From Basidiobolus meristosporus CBS 931.73 (taxonomy: Eukaryota; Fungi; Basidiobolomycota), in the NCBI GenBank assembly GCA_002104905.1, contig MCFE01000375.1:1-64000 (forward strand): a DNA stretch of 64,000 bases. Direction: 5' to 3'. A model generated the notes under the pieces. The model saw only the letters and a program-made list of their open reading frames with translations, was not told the DNA's origin and searched no databases. A program made the translations under genes and the position numbers. This document shows positions 36,964 through 49,200 of the stretch, piece after piece (the first letter of the stretch is position 1; each line of letters begins with the position of its first letter).

Positions 36964-37310
36964 TGTTGTAAGATTCTTGGAGATACTAGAAGTGATTGGG
37001 AGAACAAGTACATTATGTGGTTTTCACTTAAAGATTTATCAAAGGTAAAAGTAGTGTTTATGCTTTTATATAGTCTTGGGATAACAGACATATAACATAG
37101 GCTTAGGAAGGTCCCAAGAACTTGTGTGCAAAGTTTAGGGCTGTTTGACCAATTTTGAGAATTTTATGTTCTGGGTACTTAATATTCCTTTGAAAATATT
37201 CTAAGTATACCCCAACACGGAATTTGGTGAGTACTCACTAGGACTTGAAGGTAATGATCTAAGGAACTAAGTTAGGCAAATATTCTGGCAGAATACCAAT
37301 TTTTGCAACA
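36964..37310 (-). repeat. Copia 5' LTR
   Basis: TGTTG...CAACA, followed by the PBS and the gag start. Confidence 0.85.
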
Positions 37311-37315
37311 GTTGC

Positions 37316-39600
37316 TACTATTTGCCATGAACACCTCCTGAGAATTGGCAAAGAACTTATTGGTATTTGGCCAATATATTTCTTCTCCCTGCTGGATTGT
37401 AGTCCCCCTGGTAAGTGAACTCTGGCTCTTTTTTGTGTGAGTTCTGAATTAAATGGTGTAGAAGCTGGCTTGTGACCAAGAGAAACCCAGTAAGTTTTGG
37501 TCAAGTTGTTTAACAAAATTAGTTGCTTGTTATGTCAAACCCAACCATGAATAACTGCACTAATCACCCACTCATTGGGGCTGCTTAGACTATGAATGCT
37601 AAAGCATAGGTGTCTCTATGTGCACATCTGTCCTCAGTATTCTCCAAATCTTCCTGGCTGTTGTCCAAATTTCAACTCATCACATTCATCACAGACTTGA
37701 GGGCTACATTCTTGATTAGATTGCAATACAGTAGTAGCTGTGACTTGACTTGTCTTCCCATATCCCCACACATCTGCACCATGGGACACTCCCAAAGTGT
37801 GAAGCAAGGCCTAATATTCTCCTCACACCAAGCAAGAGGGAGTGGAGAATGGGCACAGTAGCACAAGAGATATATGCAGGCAGCTTTATGCTTCTGGTAG
37901 AGCTGCATAAATCCCATGACAAACTCCTTGCATGAAAGCTGTGGTTGCATTAAGTTGTCATGTGTGATCTGCTTCAGGATAAATATTCCTACAATGCCAA
38001 CATATAACTCTCCATGCTTCCAATGTATTTCTGGTAGAAACAGCTTCAGAAGGCTACATAAATAATGACATATTCAGTTCAATCAGTCCTTCCATTTCTA
38101 TAGTAGTATATAAGAATGAATGTTGATTGGAGCTTGTGAGAAGTGGTTAGGGTAATAGATACTCTGTAATATCTTGCCAATTCTTTGAAATATCTCAATT
38201 ATCATGAAGTGCTTATTAATGTTGAATTGCCCCATTTGCAACTTAAACATTAGTATATGGATATTATTGAAAAGAAAATGCATTTCAACCAGTGGAATTA
38301 TAGTATGTGCTTTAACATTAGGACTATTTACTATCATTCTTCTGAAAAGATACAAAATTCATTCAGCAATGGTCACAGGTAGCTATCCAGGTTGGACAGT
38401 GTTTTGGCCCAAATACCAGTGACACTGCCATTGAATTTATGCTCCAATACTGTCAGATAGGTGGCAGATTCAGGTTGATTAGAATCAGTAGCCAGCCAAC
38501 TTTGCTAGTAGAGTACTTACTTACCTAGGTGTTTCCATGTGCACATCTGTTGTCAGTATTTTCCAACTCTTCCTGGCTGTCCTCAATGTGCCATATCAAC
38601 ACATCCATGTTGGATGTGAGAGTAATATTCTTAATGACAATGGGATATAGAAGTACCTGTAACTTGACTTGTCATCCGATCTCCCCAAACATCCACTCCA
38701 TGGGAACTCCTATAAGGTGAAGAAAAGCCCAATATTCTCCACACACCAAGCAAGATGGAGTAGTGATTGGATACAATAGTGGCAGAGATCTACCCATACA
38801 GCTTTAAGTTTGTTGAATAACTGCTCAGATCCTGTCACATTCTTCTTGCACAAAAGATATAGATGTGTTAAGTAGGCATTGGTGATCTACTTCTGGACAT
38901 ATACTCCTACTATGTCCACATATGACTCCAAATGCTTCCAATGTATCCCTGAGAAAAAAATTGAGAAAAGGCCAGCAAAATACCATTGTAATATCAGTAG
39001 AATTCCAAGTGTCTCAAAATTGACAACACATAATATCTCTTTTTTTTGTTGATGGGCAGGTAAGCAGGTTCTCCAGGAGGAGACTGGACAAGCTAACATC
39101 CATACCAAATTTGGTAGTTAGCTGCCCATTACTTCCATCAAAAATTGCATTTGAAATTGGAACCCAATACACCAGCTGAATACCACCAAAATATCATTAG
39201 AATATCAGCAGAATACAAGCTAAAATCAGATGAATTCCAAGTTTAAGATTTTTCATAGGGGCACTCTTGGCAGAAATGGCTTCAAAAGGCCACTTGAGTA
39301 AGTACATATTGAGTTCATCTAGTCTTTGCATTTGTATTGTAGCAAATGCATACAAATAATGATTGAAGCCCATGAGAAGTACTAGGGTAGCAGATACTCT
39401 GTAATATCTTGCCAATTCTTTCAAATTTCTCTGGTATCTCAAAGGGCTCATTTAACTTGAAATGCCCCATGTACAACTTGGTCATCAGTAAAGGGATAGT
39501 GTTGAAAAGCAAATGCATTGCTCTTAGTGGAAAGGTCTTGCTCCAACAAATACCCTTTATCTTAGTATCTCTGATTTCTGACTAATTCCATATTCTGGCC
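37316..39600 (-). mobile_element. Two tandem CACTA/EnSpm tnp2-type transposase relics
   Basis: 37600-38330 and 38520-39530 are homologous copies. Fragments MHFLFNNI...IGKILQSI.YP and ENIRPCFTLWECPMVQMCGDMGRQVKSQLL resemble the fungal tnp2 motifs MHLL.EN...IG and GP.W.YW.FPMER.CG.....KSR. Confidence 0.65.
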
Positions 39601-39689
39601 AAAGGCTTATAGTTTGCTAACTTTGCTCCAATTGCATACTGATCTCTGTATATTCTCTCTGCAGGAGAATGATGCTCTCAGTATTGGCT

Positions 39690-42600
39690 TATGGGTAATA
39701 ATAATGTATGCAAGGCAAATGAAGAACTTACAGCTCAAGATTATCAAAACCTCTTTGAAATTCCAGCTAAAATTGCAACTGTTCAAGCAAAGAAGCAATT
39801 AATTTTGCAGCCAAAAGCAATAGAGGTGCCACTCAAACTCAATGGCCAGTCATATGTAGCACTACTGGATACTGGATCATCCAACTCTATTGTATCACCC
39901 AATGTAGTCAAAGAACTCAAATTGTAAATAAAAAAGTGACCAGAAAAAATTATAAGTGTATCTAAGGATCTCTCAGCCCCAAGAATTGGTATCACCAACC
40001 CAATCAGCATACATTGTGGTTCAATGACTATAATCCATCAAATGGAGGTTATTGACATTCCAGATGGACCTCAGGTAGTCATTGGTCTAGACACCTTCAC
40101 CAGACTTGGCTTTCACATAGGCAGACTACCAGTTTCATATCATGGAATCACTAAGTCCCAGCCACCCAGAATGGATCAGGTTCCCAAGATTATCTCTCCC
40201 CATCCAGAAGCAGTGGTGTCAACCTAAACTTTTCAAGCATATTCTCACTCAGCCAAATTGGAAATTTAGCCAGCCATTGAAAGAAACCCAGCCACTCCCA
40301 GGAACAGTTTCTACACTATTCCAGAATCCATTGTTATGCTAGAAACCCCACATGGTGAATCATCATGGAGGAGGCAATACCCAATTCCACAATCATGTCA
40401 ACACTTGGTTGATGAAATAGTCCAAAAGTGGGCGGACAATAGAATTATCACTCAAGCCCCTGTCAACACAACATTCAACATCCCTTTGATGCTTGCACCT
40501 ATGAAAGATGCTGATGGAAATCTAACTCTGAAGAGACCCTGTTTGGACTCTAGGCCTCTGAACAAGCTTCTCCAAGATGATAAATTTCCAATTCCTAGAA
40601 TCCCGGATATCTTTTCCTCACTATCAGGCGCAAAAGTATTCTCTAAACTGGACTTGAAGGATGCATATCACCAATTCCAGATCCTTCCTGATCATCAGCA
40701 TAAGACTGCCTTTACTTGGAATACTATGCAATGGATATTTCAGGGAGCTTCCTGTGGCCTAAAGACACTGAGCAGCATGTTCCAGAGAGTCATGACTATA
40801 ATACTCAAGAACACACCATATGCCTTAGTATTTGCTGATGATGTCATTGTATTTTCCACAAACCGTGATGATCATGCAACCCATGTCACTGATGTGATCA
40901 ATAGACTGAAAGCTGCTGGACCAATTCTTAATGCAGAGAAGTGCATTGTTGCCTGCCTCAAAATCAATCCACTTGGATTCATTGTTGCACCAGATGGCCA
41001 CCAGCTTGATCCTTTCAAACTGGTCAATATTTGTGAATGGCCAAAACCCACTAGTACTGAGCAACTCCAACATTATCTTGGAGTATTCAGCTATTTCAGG
41101 GAACATATTCCTCTCATGTACACATTGAGTGCCCCTTTAGATGCATTACATCATTGTCCTGATCTTGCCTCAGCATGGAACCTGACTTATGACCAAGCAA
41201 TTGAGTCACTCTGCCAGTTACTCTCACAAGCACCCACCTTAGCCTACCCAGATTTTACTGAGATGTTTGTTGTTCCTACAGATGCATCTAATTTTGGGTT
41301 GGGGGTTGTCATTGACCAGGATGAAGAACAAAATCCACCCCACTGGATCTCTTTTCAAGCCAGATCCCTACAACCTGCTGAGAGAAACTATTCTCCCACC
41401 AAGAAGGAGCTACTTGCCATAGTCTTTGCCTTGAAGAAGTTTCATCAATACTTATGGGGTAACCCTTTTACTTTATACACAGACCACTGAGCCCTTCTCT
41501 GTATTAATACTCCAAAGACTCTGACTCCAACGCTTACCAACTGGCTTGATACTCTACTTAATTATGAATATACAGTTATTCATTGCCCAGGAAGCCTCAA
41601 CATCCTGCATGATTACCTTTCAAGACTTTCCCCAACTTCACCTAGGGAGGGACATGGGATTACTTACATAATCAGTAAGCTCACTACAGCTCCCAAAATA
41701 TTCCCTCAACTGGATTCAGCAACTTGGAAGATCCCACAAGCCAATGAAAGAAAAGCATTGAAACAGAGGAGTCATTACTTGGCCACTTTGGTGCTGACAC
41801 ACTTATGAAGAAGCTACACTCTAATGGATATCACTGGCCAAGTATCAAAGCTGACTGCCTAGTATTTGTCCAGTCTTGCAGAAAATCTCAGCTTTACTAT
41901 ATCAGCCACCATGGATTTCACCCTTTGAGTCCCATCCATGCAAGCCTTCCTATGGATCATATTGCAATTGATCTAGCTGCACCTTTTACCAATAGTGATG
42001 ATGGCAATCACTACCAAGACAAGTATGCTGGCACTATTGCGCAAGCACTATTCAAGCTCTTCTACCTATTTGGATTCCCCAAGGTCATTCAGTTTGAGTA
42101 ATGGAACAGAATTTGTAAGTCATGTGATCAGGGTCCTTTGCCAGAGTAGCACCATTGATCACCTCTGATCACTCCCTATCATCCCAAAGCTGATGGACTT
42201 GCTGAAAGACATGTTCAGACCTCAGCGAGCATCATGAGGGAATCTATCAAAGGTACCAAGAAGATTTGGGACAAGTACATTCCAACAGTACAGTATGCTA
42301 TAAACACCAAAATTGCTGCTCACATGAATCATCACAACTTTCTTTGATGTTTGGAAGAAAACTCAACTACTTTGGAGACTATCAGAATACAGAGTTTGCA
42401 AAGTTGAACACTGATAAGCTAAAGAACCAACTTGAGTACCTTACCAACATTGTCTACCCTGCTATCAGTGCCAGAAGTAAGACCTCACAGCAGAAGATGA
42501 CTTCAACATACAGCTCAAGACACAGGAACAGCAGTTTCCTTGATGGGTCATATTTCATGACACTAGACCCAATCCAACAATCTAAATTTGAACCCAAATA

Positions 42601-43020
42601 TGAAAGCCCATTCAAAGTAATCAGATGTACCACTGAAGGATCTTGTGTACTTCAGGACAATACTGGAGCACTGCTACCCAAAAGCTTTCCACCTTCTTCA
42701 CTCAAGCACATATCTCAACACCCAGTTACTTCTGAATCATATGAAGTTGAAGCTATTGGTGACCTTGATAGAGAAGAACCAAATTGACTTTATTTAGTAA
42801 AGTGGAAAGGTTATGATGCCAAACACAATACTGGGGAACCTATTACCAACTTTGATATTGTTGCCATCATTGATCAGTATTGGAGCTGCAGGGGAACCCA
42901 GAGGGTATCAGAAAACTCCTCTCCCAGGAGGAAGTGATGTTGTACATCAACATTTAAAACTTAGTCATTTTCACTCAGTTAGAAAATCTAGTACCCTAAC
43001 TGATTTTCCCTAACCCAACC
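39690..43020 (+). mobile_element. Ty3/Gypsy chromovirus, 5'-truncated
   Basis: Protease ALLDTGSS; RT/RNaseH ORF 40336-41490 (FSKLDLKDAYHQ, FADDVIVFS, TDASNFGLG, ERNYSPTKKELLAIV); integrase; chromodomain YEVEAI...YLVKWKGYDAKHNTGEP at ~42740-42900; PPT AGGAGGAAG then TGTTG (3' LTR start 42938, LTR end not resolved). Confidence 0.88.
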
Positions 43021-45321
43021 ATAACTAATCCCTGTTGTTGTTTATTTTATCACTTCTCAGAATCTATTTTTAGCTGTCCCACCTGATCAATTTTCAAGCG
43101 GTCATTGCATCCTCATCTGATCTGCTAAGCTTTTCCAAAGGATTAGTCATCTAAGATCTATCCAACCACTTAGTAGTTGCCAGGACATTAGCTGATTAAT
43201 GATGCAACTTTTCATTTATCTTAGGCACCTATCAACACCCCAACAGGTTTCAATTAGTCCAGTCTGTTGGCGCTTACTAGTTGAACTTGATCAGAAAAAT
43301 ATAAATAAAGATTACTGAACCTTTTGGTTTAGTGTGTATCTCAGCAGAATTAAGATTGTGACTCAGCAAAATTCAGAATTCAACAATTCTGTTCTAGTTT
43401 CTGCCCAAGCCTAGCATATCTAGCACTACCAAAAGCACTAAGCCTAGCTTGCATAGCAAACCAACTCTGTTGCCTTTATAGCCCAACTCAGCTATATACT
43501 AGACTAATATTAGACCAGAACCTCACTGCTAATATTTCTGTCACTCTTGACAATTCTAATATTCAGCACTTAATTGTCACTTAGGTTCAGATAACTCATT
43601 CAAGAGTTTTATTACACTTTTGCTTGTACACAACAAGTGGTAAACAAAATGCTTTTCACCACAAGCTTATTTACCACACTGGAGTGTAGCTCAACTGGCT
43701 GCACTTCCTACTTATGAACTCAGCTGTTCTCTTGTTGGTGGTTCTTCTTTGCTACTATGAGATTCATGCTGTTTTGGGCTGACTGCATCATTTGGTGAAA
43801 GCTGCAGCTTTTCTCTTATGTTTTGTAGTTTCTGTCTTAGGTAGACTTGTTTCTTGTTACCGTAATAACTGTCAAGTCTCACTGCTTGCTTAACTGAGTA
43901 CTACTTATATTGTACTCTATATTGTCTGTGATATATGTTTCACTGGCACATCTACTTTTTGCCAGCTTGTCCCTTACCAGCAATCTTCCAGTAACCTGTC
44001 ATGATTACACTGCTTATTTCAGGCTTTCAGCTCTGCTTGTGATAGACTCCTGAGAAAGCCATGTGCTGCTATCACTTCCTGGTCCTTCACTGTACTTTGA
44101 TTGAGTACATCCTTCATTGAAATATGGTCTTTCATTGATAAATGCTTCATTGATGCATTTGTGTCAACTTACCTGTCCAATACTAGCACTCCTCAGGTTA
44201 CCTAATGTATCTTTGCTGCTGGTTTGGAGTTTTTAGTCCTGCTTGTGACAGGTCTGAGAAAGGCTGCCAGTTTTTAGCTGTGGCACCTTTATTCTTCAGC
44301 ATTGGTTAATTTCTGCTCTTCTTGTGATACACTACTTGCATAATTATGCTGGTCCAAAACCATTTGCCCACCTCTATTCAGTATAATGCTCATGAAATAG
44401 ATCAAGTGCATTTGACTTGGTCTTGAGTTCCTAATGGTTTCATGTCATGCTGGCCTGAAGGTAATGCTATTCAAGACTTATTAAAGCCTCCTTATCATTA
44501 CACTTAACAACTTCATGGATCTTCAGTGTCTTTTGATTTTTGACTTGGTGTTAAGAGTAACAGTCTCTCCCTGCCATGCAGTGACAGGTTTTTCAGTGAG
44601 CTTTATAGTTAAGCACTATTGTTGTGCTTCAATGCTATTACTAGCTGTTTTCTGGTCTTTGACAACTATTTTGACTGAGTGCTGCATGTATTGACCTACA
44701 CTGTTACTTGTCAAATCTTGCACTGATGCATCAGTCTCCACCTGCTTGTCCCTTGCTGGCACTCCTCTGGCTGCCTGAGGTTTATTTGCCACTTGTGTGG
44801 TGCTTTCAGCCCTGCTTACACTAAGCTCTTGAGAAAGACACTGGTTTTTAGGTATGACCATTCAAGACTTCTAACAGCCTCTTGAATTTTCACCCACTTT
44901 TCATTAATGTAATCAGTGGCTTCACAAATCTTCAATGTGTTTTGACTTTTAGAATTGGGTTTGTGCAGCACAGTCTCCCTCCCATGCTCTAATGGGATTA
45001 TCTGTGGGCTTTATCTTTGGGCACTGTTGTTGCGCTTCAAGAACTAGACTTGTTCTGTTCAGTAGTGCAATATTGCACCATGAGTGCCAAATAATGCCAT
45101 AGTGTGCCAGGGAGGCCAAGTGAGCCTATACTTGGCCATAGAGTGTGCAGCATAGCTCTGCATCTTCATGCAAAGCAGCCTCTGTGTTTCACCCATTGTG
45201 CTGGAAAAATTCATTTTTTTGACCTTTTTTTTAGGTCTATGTTGTACAGGATTTGTAAGAGCACAAAAGGATAGAAGGTGTGCATTGGGTACTCAATACC
45301 CTTGGCACTCTGAATCTAGCT

Positions 45322-45500
45322 CTTGTTGCTTGTAACATGTCACAAAAATGCATGGGACTATTTTGGTCCACTGGTACTATCTGGCACTATATTTAGTTAT
45401 TAGCTCTAAAGTGAGTTCAATGCTAAGAACGTATAGTGCCAGATAGTACTAGTGGACCAAGATAGTGCCATGCATTTTTGTGACATGTTATAAACAACAT
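45322..45500. repeat. Inverted repeat (about 70 bp arms, 40 nt loop) in the element's left subterminal region
   Basis: 45331-45391 tgtaacatgtcacaaaaatgcatgggactattttggtccactggtactatctggcactata pairs with 45432-45492, with about 4 mismatches. Confidence 0.9.
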
Positions 45501-46699
45501 AGTTCCTGACTCAACCATTTCTCTTACTTTTCATGTGTACAAATTGCTTTATTTCCATTGAAACTTCAGATGTACCTCCATTGCCAATTGTATTGACCTA
45601 TACTAGTACCTATGCCCAACACTAACATTGAGCCCTACCCCATATTCAACAGGTGGCACCATTAAATCCACCATTCAATAAGTATATTTACTGTAGCACC
45701 CTTTTAGGAAATTTTGGCAGGAACATTGGCAGCATTATGCAACTGTTCATTTACTGGTTCCCATAGGTCCTGGTCTTCTGCTGGCCCTGCAAGGTCTGGC
45801 ACATCATCCACCAGTCTTTGCAATAGACTTGTTCCATTGTACTGTGCCAGGGCATGCAGCGCAATCCACGGTTGTAAAGAACAATTGGGTGTGATATTAT
45901 AGCTACCAGAAGGAAGGATCTTTCTTGGACAATTTTGCACTATGCGGGACAATCTCGCACACTATGGCACAATCTGACACAATGAGGTTGGCACGGATGA
46001 TTGCGCCAACTCGTAATGTTTGCATCACGTGCCCAATTGGATACCGCTATTATGGCAGGTAAAATCCGGTATTTGGATATGTTTCTTTAATGTAAATGGA
46101 AATAAATGTGTATCACACTATAAACTACGCTGATACTTACCATTTTGGTTACCCTCACTCCAATTAGACGGCATCTCAGTGGTTAATTGGTCCAAGAGTA
46201 TCCTGAAGCTGGCAGCCCCCAATTGGCTCATTGACTACTAAAAAAGCTACCTGATTTGCCATCAAATATCCCATTTTGCTCATTGAGCAAGTAAATCCCT
46301 GATCCTAGTGATTGGACAAGGTGTCATAGCCAGCACACAAGCAATTGTGTAGGTGCAAAACAGATCAATAGCTGCACTGGTATTACAGATGACGTATATA
46401 TTTGCAGGGTGTTTATTTATAGGGGTTCTGTCTCAAATGTGAGACAACCTTGATATTAATTATACCAAAAATTTGATGATCACTGATTTGCAATGGCTCA
46501 AATTGGATTGCAAAAAAAATGGTTGTCAGGATCATTACAAATGTGAGCAATTCAAAGCAATTGCATCATCTTCTCCTGGGTTTTTTTCTCAGGGATTACT
46601 ACTGAAGCATTTGGTAGTGACTCACTTTGCACACCTATACTACTTCCTGGCTGACTATCATCTTGGCTACTTGTGTATTTGTAGTCAGTATTTTGCCTC

Positions 46700-47413
46700 C
46701 TAGTTGATGAGTGCAATGCTACAGCTTGGCTGTGCTGAATTGCTCCAACTGAACCAACTGAACCGGCCTGAGGGCCGCTCTAATGGACTTGTGTCTAAAT
46801 GAGCAGTTTGGCGAGTTCTTGTAGTTTTGCTCTGAAGCACGCACGTTGACCCAACGTGCGTTGACTCAATGCACGTTGACTTGATGTGGGGCATTCTGGT
46901 AAAGGGTGTTGGCATGGTCTGGACTGACGTGCGCTGGTGCGCTGTGGTTGCAAGAGATGGTAGGGAATCCAGCAAGGCGTGCTGGCGTGATCTGGACAAT
47001 GTTGCTTGTGGTCTGTATTCTTCCTCCTGAAGCTCACCATCTGATTCCTCAAGGTATTCACTTACCCTCTGTCTGATACTTTGGAGCTGTTGCCTTGATG
47101 AGTCCTGTGTATATTGCTCTTGGAAGCCACTTAGCTCTACTAATATATCATGTAGTACATTAGTCATTTGGGGCAAAAACTCATTTAAAATCTCTTTGGT
47201 TCCCAAAGTTGAGGCACAAACAGACGTGTCCAGCCCATACTGTGCAACTTGCGTGCAAAATCGCTCCTGCGCGGCTTCTTTGTCAAACCCCCTCACTCTC
47301 AGCTCATTCTTGATTTCAATACTTGTCTTGTTATATATCTTTTTACATACATTGGCTGGCATCTTGATGTAGAACTCATGCAACAGCTTTCTACTCAAAT
47401 TCTTCCATCTTTG
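46700..47413 (-). pseudogene. Harbinger ORF2, putative Myb/SANT-type DNA-binding partner
   Basis: 232 aa open frame, extendable upstream to QRWKNLSRK behind a TGA (plausibly from CGA). The WxNL motif recalls the third helix of Myb/SANT/trihelix domains. The true 5' end is unresolved. Confidence 0.45.
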
Positions 47414-47991
47414 TCAACTCTCTGAGGTATCTAGTTATGCTAGATTAATCAGTAGTGCCCAAATATCTGTATGAAGGCTCATCATAGACACCTGGGCTAT
47501 ACTAAAATCATTTGGCAAGAACTCAAACGGATCCAACATTGACTTTTCCGGTCTGGACCGTGCTTGTGAGCTGGGGGATGGGTTTTGTCTGGGTTGTACT
47601 AAAGATGAGTTGAGGCTTGGTATGGGGACCATAGCAACGGATTTGGATACTTATACAGCAGTATATTGGCATCAACCTGGTCTTATATGAAATATATATG
47701 AAAACTAATGTGATTGTTGAATTTTCCATATATTATGCATGATGCATCTTGGATTGTGTTGACATGGTTCAGATCACATCAATTGCAGATTTACTATTTG
47801 ATGATAGGCCTATGATTAAAGCATCAATAAAAGTACCAAGGCATTGTTTGCGGATGATCTTTGCGACATAATGATGGGATACATGGCAATTGATGGAGAT
47901 TTAACCATAATGAATTAAAAATCAGATAAATAACGCGGATTGTGCCAAATCAATTCAAACCGCCTTTATACAATCATCCACCAATTTTAAT

Positions 47992-48876
47992 ATGACTTTC
48001 TCATCTGAATGGTCTTTTCTCATCAATCCCATCACTACCACTGGATTTCCTTTTGACACACTAGAGGAGATCTATTCCAAGTACTGTGGACCATCAACCC
48101 CAATCTACTCAAGGAGATCCCTTGTCAAGCTTCTCTGCTATTACAAGAACTATTGCCCTACAAGGTCTCATCCCACCATCCATGGCAACAAAAGTCCTAG
48201 AAGCTTTCATTCCCAGCTGACAGCAATGGAGAACCACCTTGCAGAGGGTATGAATGACTTAGAGCAAGCTTGGAATACTAGGTTCAGAAGCTCCAATAGA
48301 CTTCCATATCCCAGAGTGTTCAGCAACAGGTTCCATATCAGGAGTATTTTGGGTACCTTCCCAGGGAGGATTAACAGACCTTCTAGAGGGCAGAGGCACT
48401 TTTATTTTGGCAAGTACAAGGCACACTGTGTGAAGTTTCAAGCACTGTCTGACATTGAGGGTAACATCATCTGGTTTAGTGGGCCATTTGCTGGAAGTAG
48501 GCATGACAAAGCACTCTGAGTAGAGAATCATCCTGAATTCAGTAGAGGGGAGAAATGTATGGCAGACTTAGCCTATATAGGAGAGGATTGTCAGAGATTA
48601 GGATGTATTACAGCTTATAGGAAGCCAAGGAATGGTGTGCTTAGCAGGAAGCAGAAGCTCTACAATGAGATATTTAATCATTGCAGAGTGAGGGTAGAGC
48701 ACACATTTGGATATCTGAAGAGATTCAGCATATTGGCAGGTAATTACAGAGGAAAGTCATATATAGGAGAAAACAGCAGAATAGGTATAATAGTCAAGAT
48801 ACCTAATAATGCACAGTATGTTCATACAAGAAGACATCCACTGAGAGAAATGTGTTTGGAGCATTATGAAGAGTAA
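47992..48876 (+). pseudogene. Harbinger/IS5-like DDE transposase with one in-frame TGA
   Basis: KYKAHCVKFQ...GNIIWFSGPFAGSRHD...(TGA at 48517-48519)...MADLAYIG...YRKP...YNEIFNHCRVRVEHTFGYLKRFSIL are DDE_Tnp_4 motifs. The first catalytic D appears as G (ILGTFP). Confidence 0.88.
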
Positions 48877-49200
48877 ATAAAGCAAGGAAAGCACTATTCT
48901 GAGCAACGTAAGTAAGATTGAGTGAGATTACCAGTAACTGTATCATACCACTGGCATCATGGTAGAAATTATAGTGCCAGATAGAGCCGTAGAGTGCCAG
49001 ATTGATTTGGCACCATAAACAGGCTGGCACTATGTGGCACTATCCAACAGAACAAGTATAATAAATCCTTGTGTTTATCAAGTGGGTTTTCTTGAGCACT
49101 GCTCCTTAAGAAGTGCTGCAACCCCTTAGGGTGCCTATTGAAATTTAAATTCCACTGTGGGCATTGTCACTGTCTCTGAGCTCTGCAAGTTGTTGCTTTG

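Larger units (their letters stand above)
28328..37310 (-). mobile_element. Ty1/Copia LTR retrotransposon, both ends intact, RT/RNaseH core deleted, carrying nested insertions
   Basis: Two ~348 bp TG...CA LTRs and a perfect 5 bp TSD GTTGC (28323-28327 / 37311-37315). PBS-like TGGCATGAGCC at 36963-36953; PPT GGGAG at 28680-28676. Coding motifs: gag KLNGFDYKVWTVKMKMQL, protease WYIDSAAS, pre-integrase LWHRRFGYIN, integrase HSDNGGEY, RNaseH tail CPTDEMIADVFTKTL. Confidence 0.9.
45048..49057. mobile_element. PIF/Harbinger (PHIS-group) DNA transposon with two divergent ORFs
   Basis: Inverted termini ACTTGTTCTGTT at 45048 and (reverse complement) at 49057. GGCACTAT/ATAGTGCC subterminal arrays at both ends. 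DDE_Tnp_4-type transposase on +, second ORF on -. No clear TSD. Confidence 0.7.

Noticed and set aside
48517-48519. In-frame TGA in the transposase as possible selenocysteine or readthrough
   Set aside because: It is better explained as CGA-to-TGA in a CpG-depleted region. The position is not Cys-like and no SECIS was seen.
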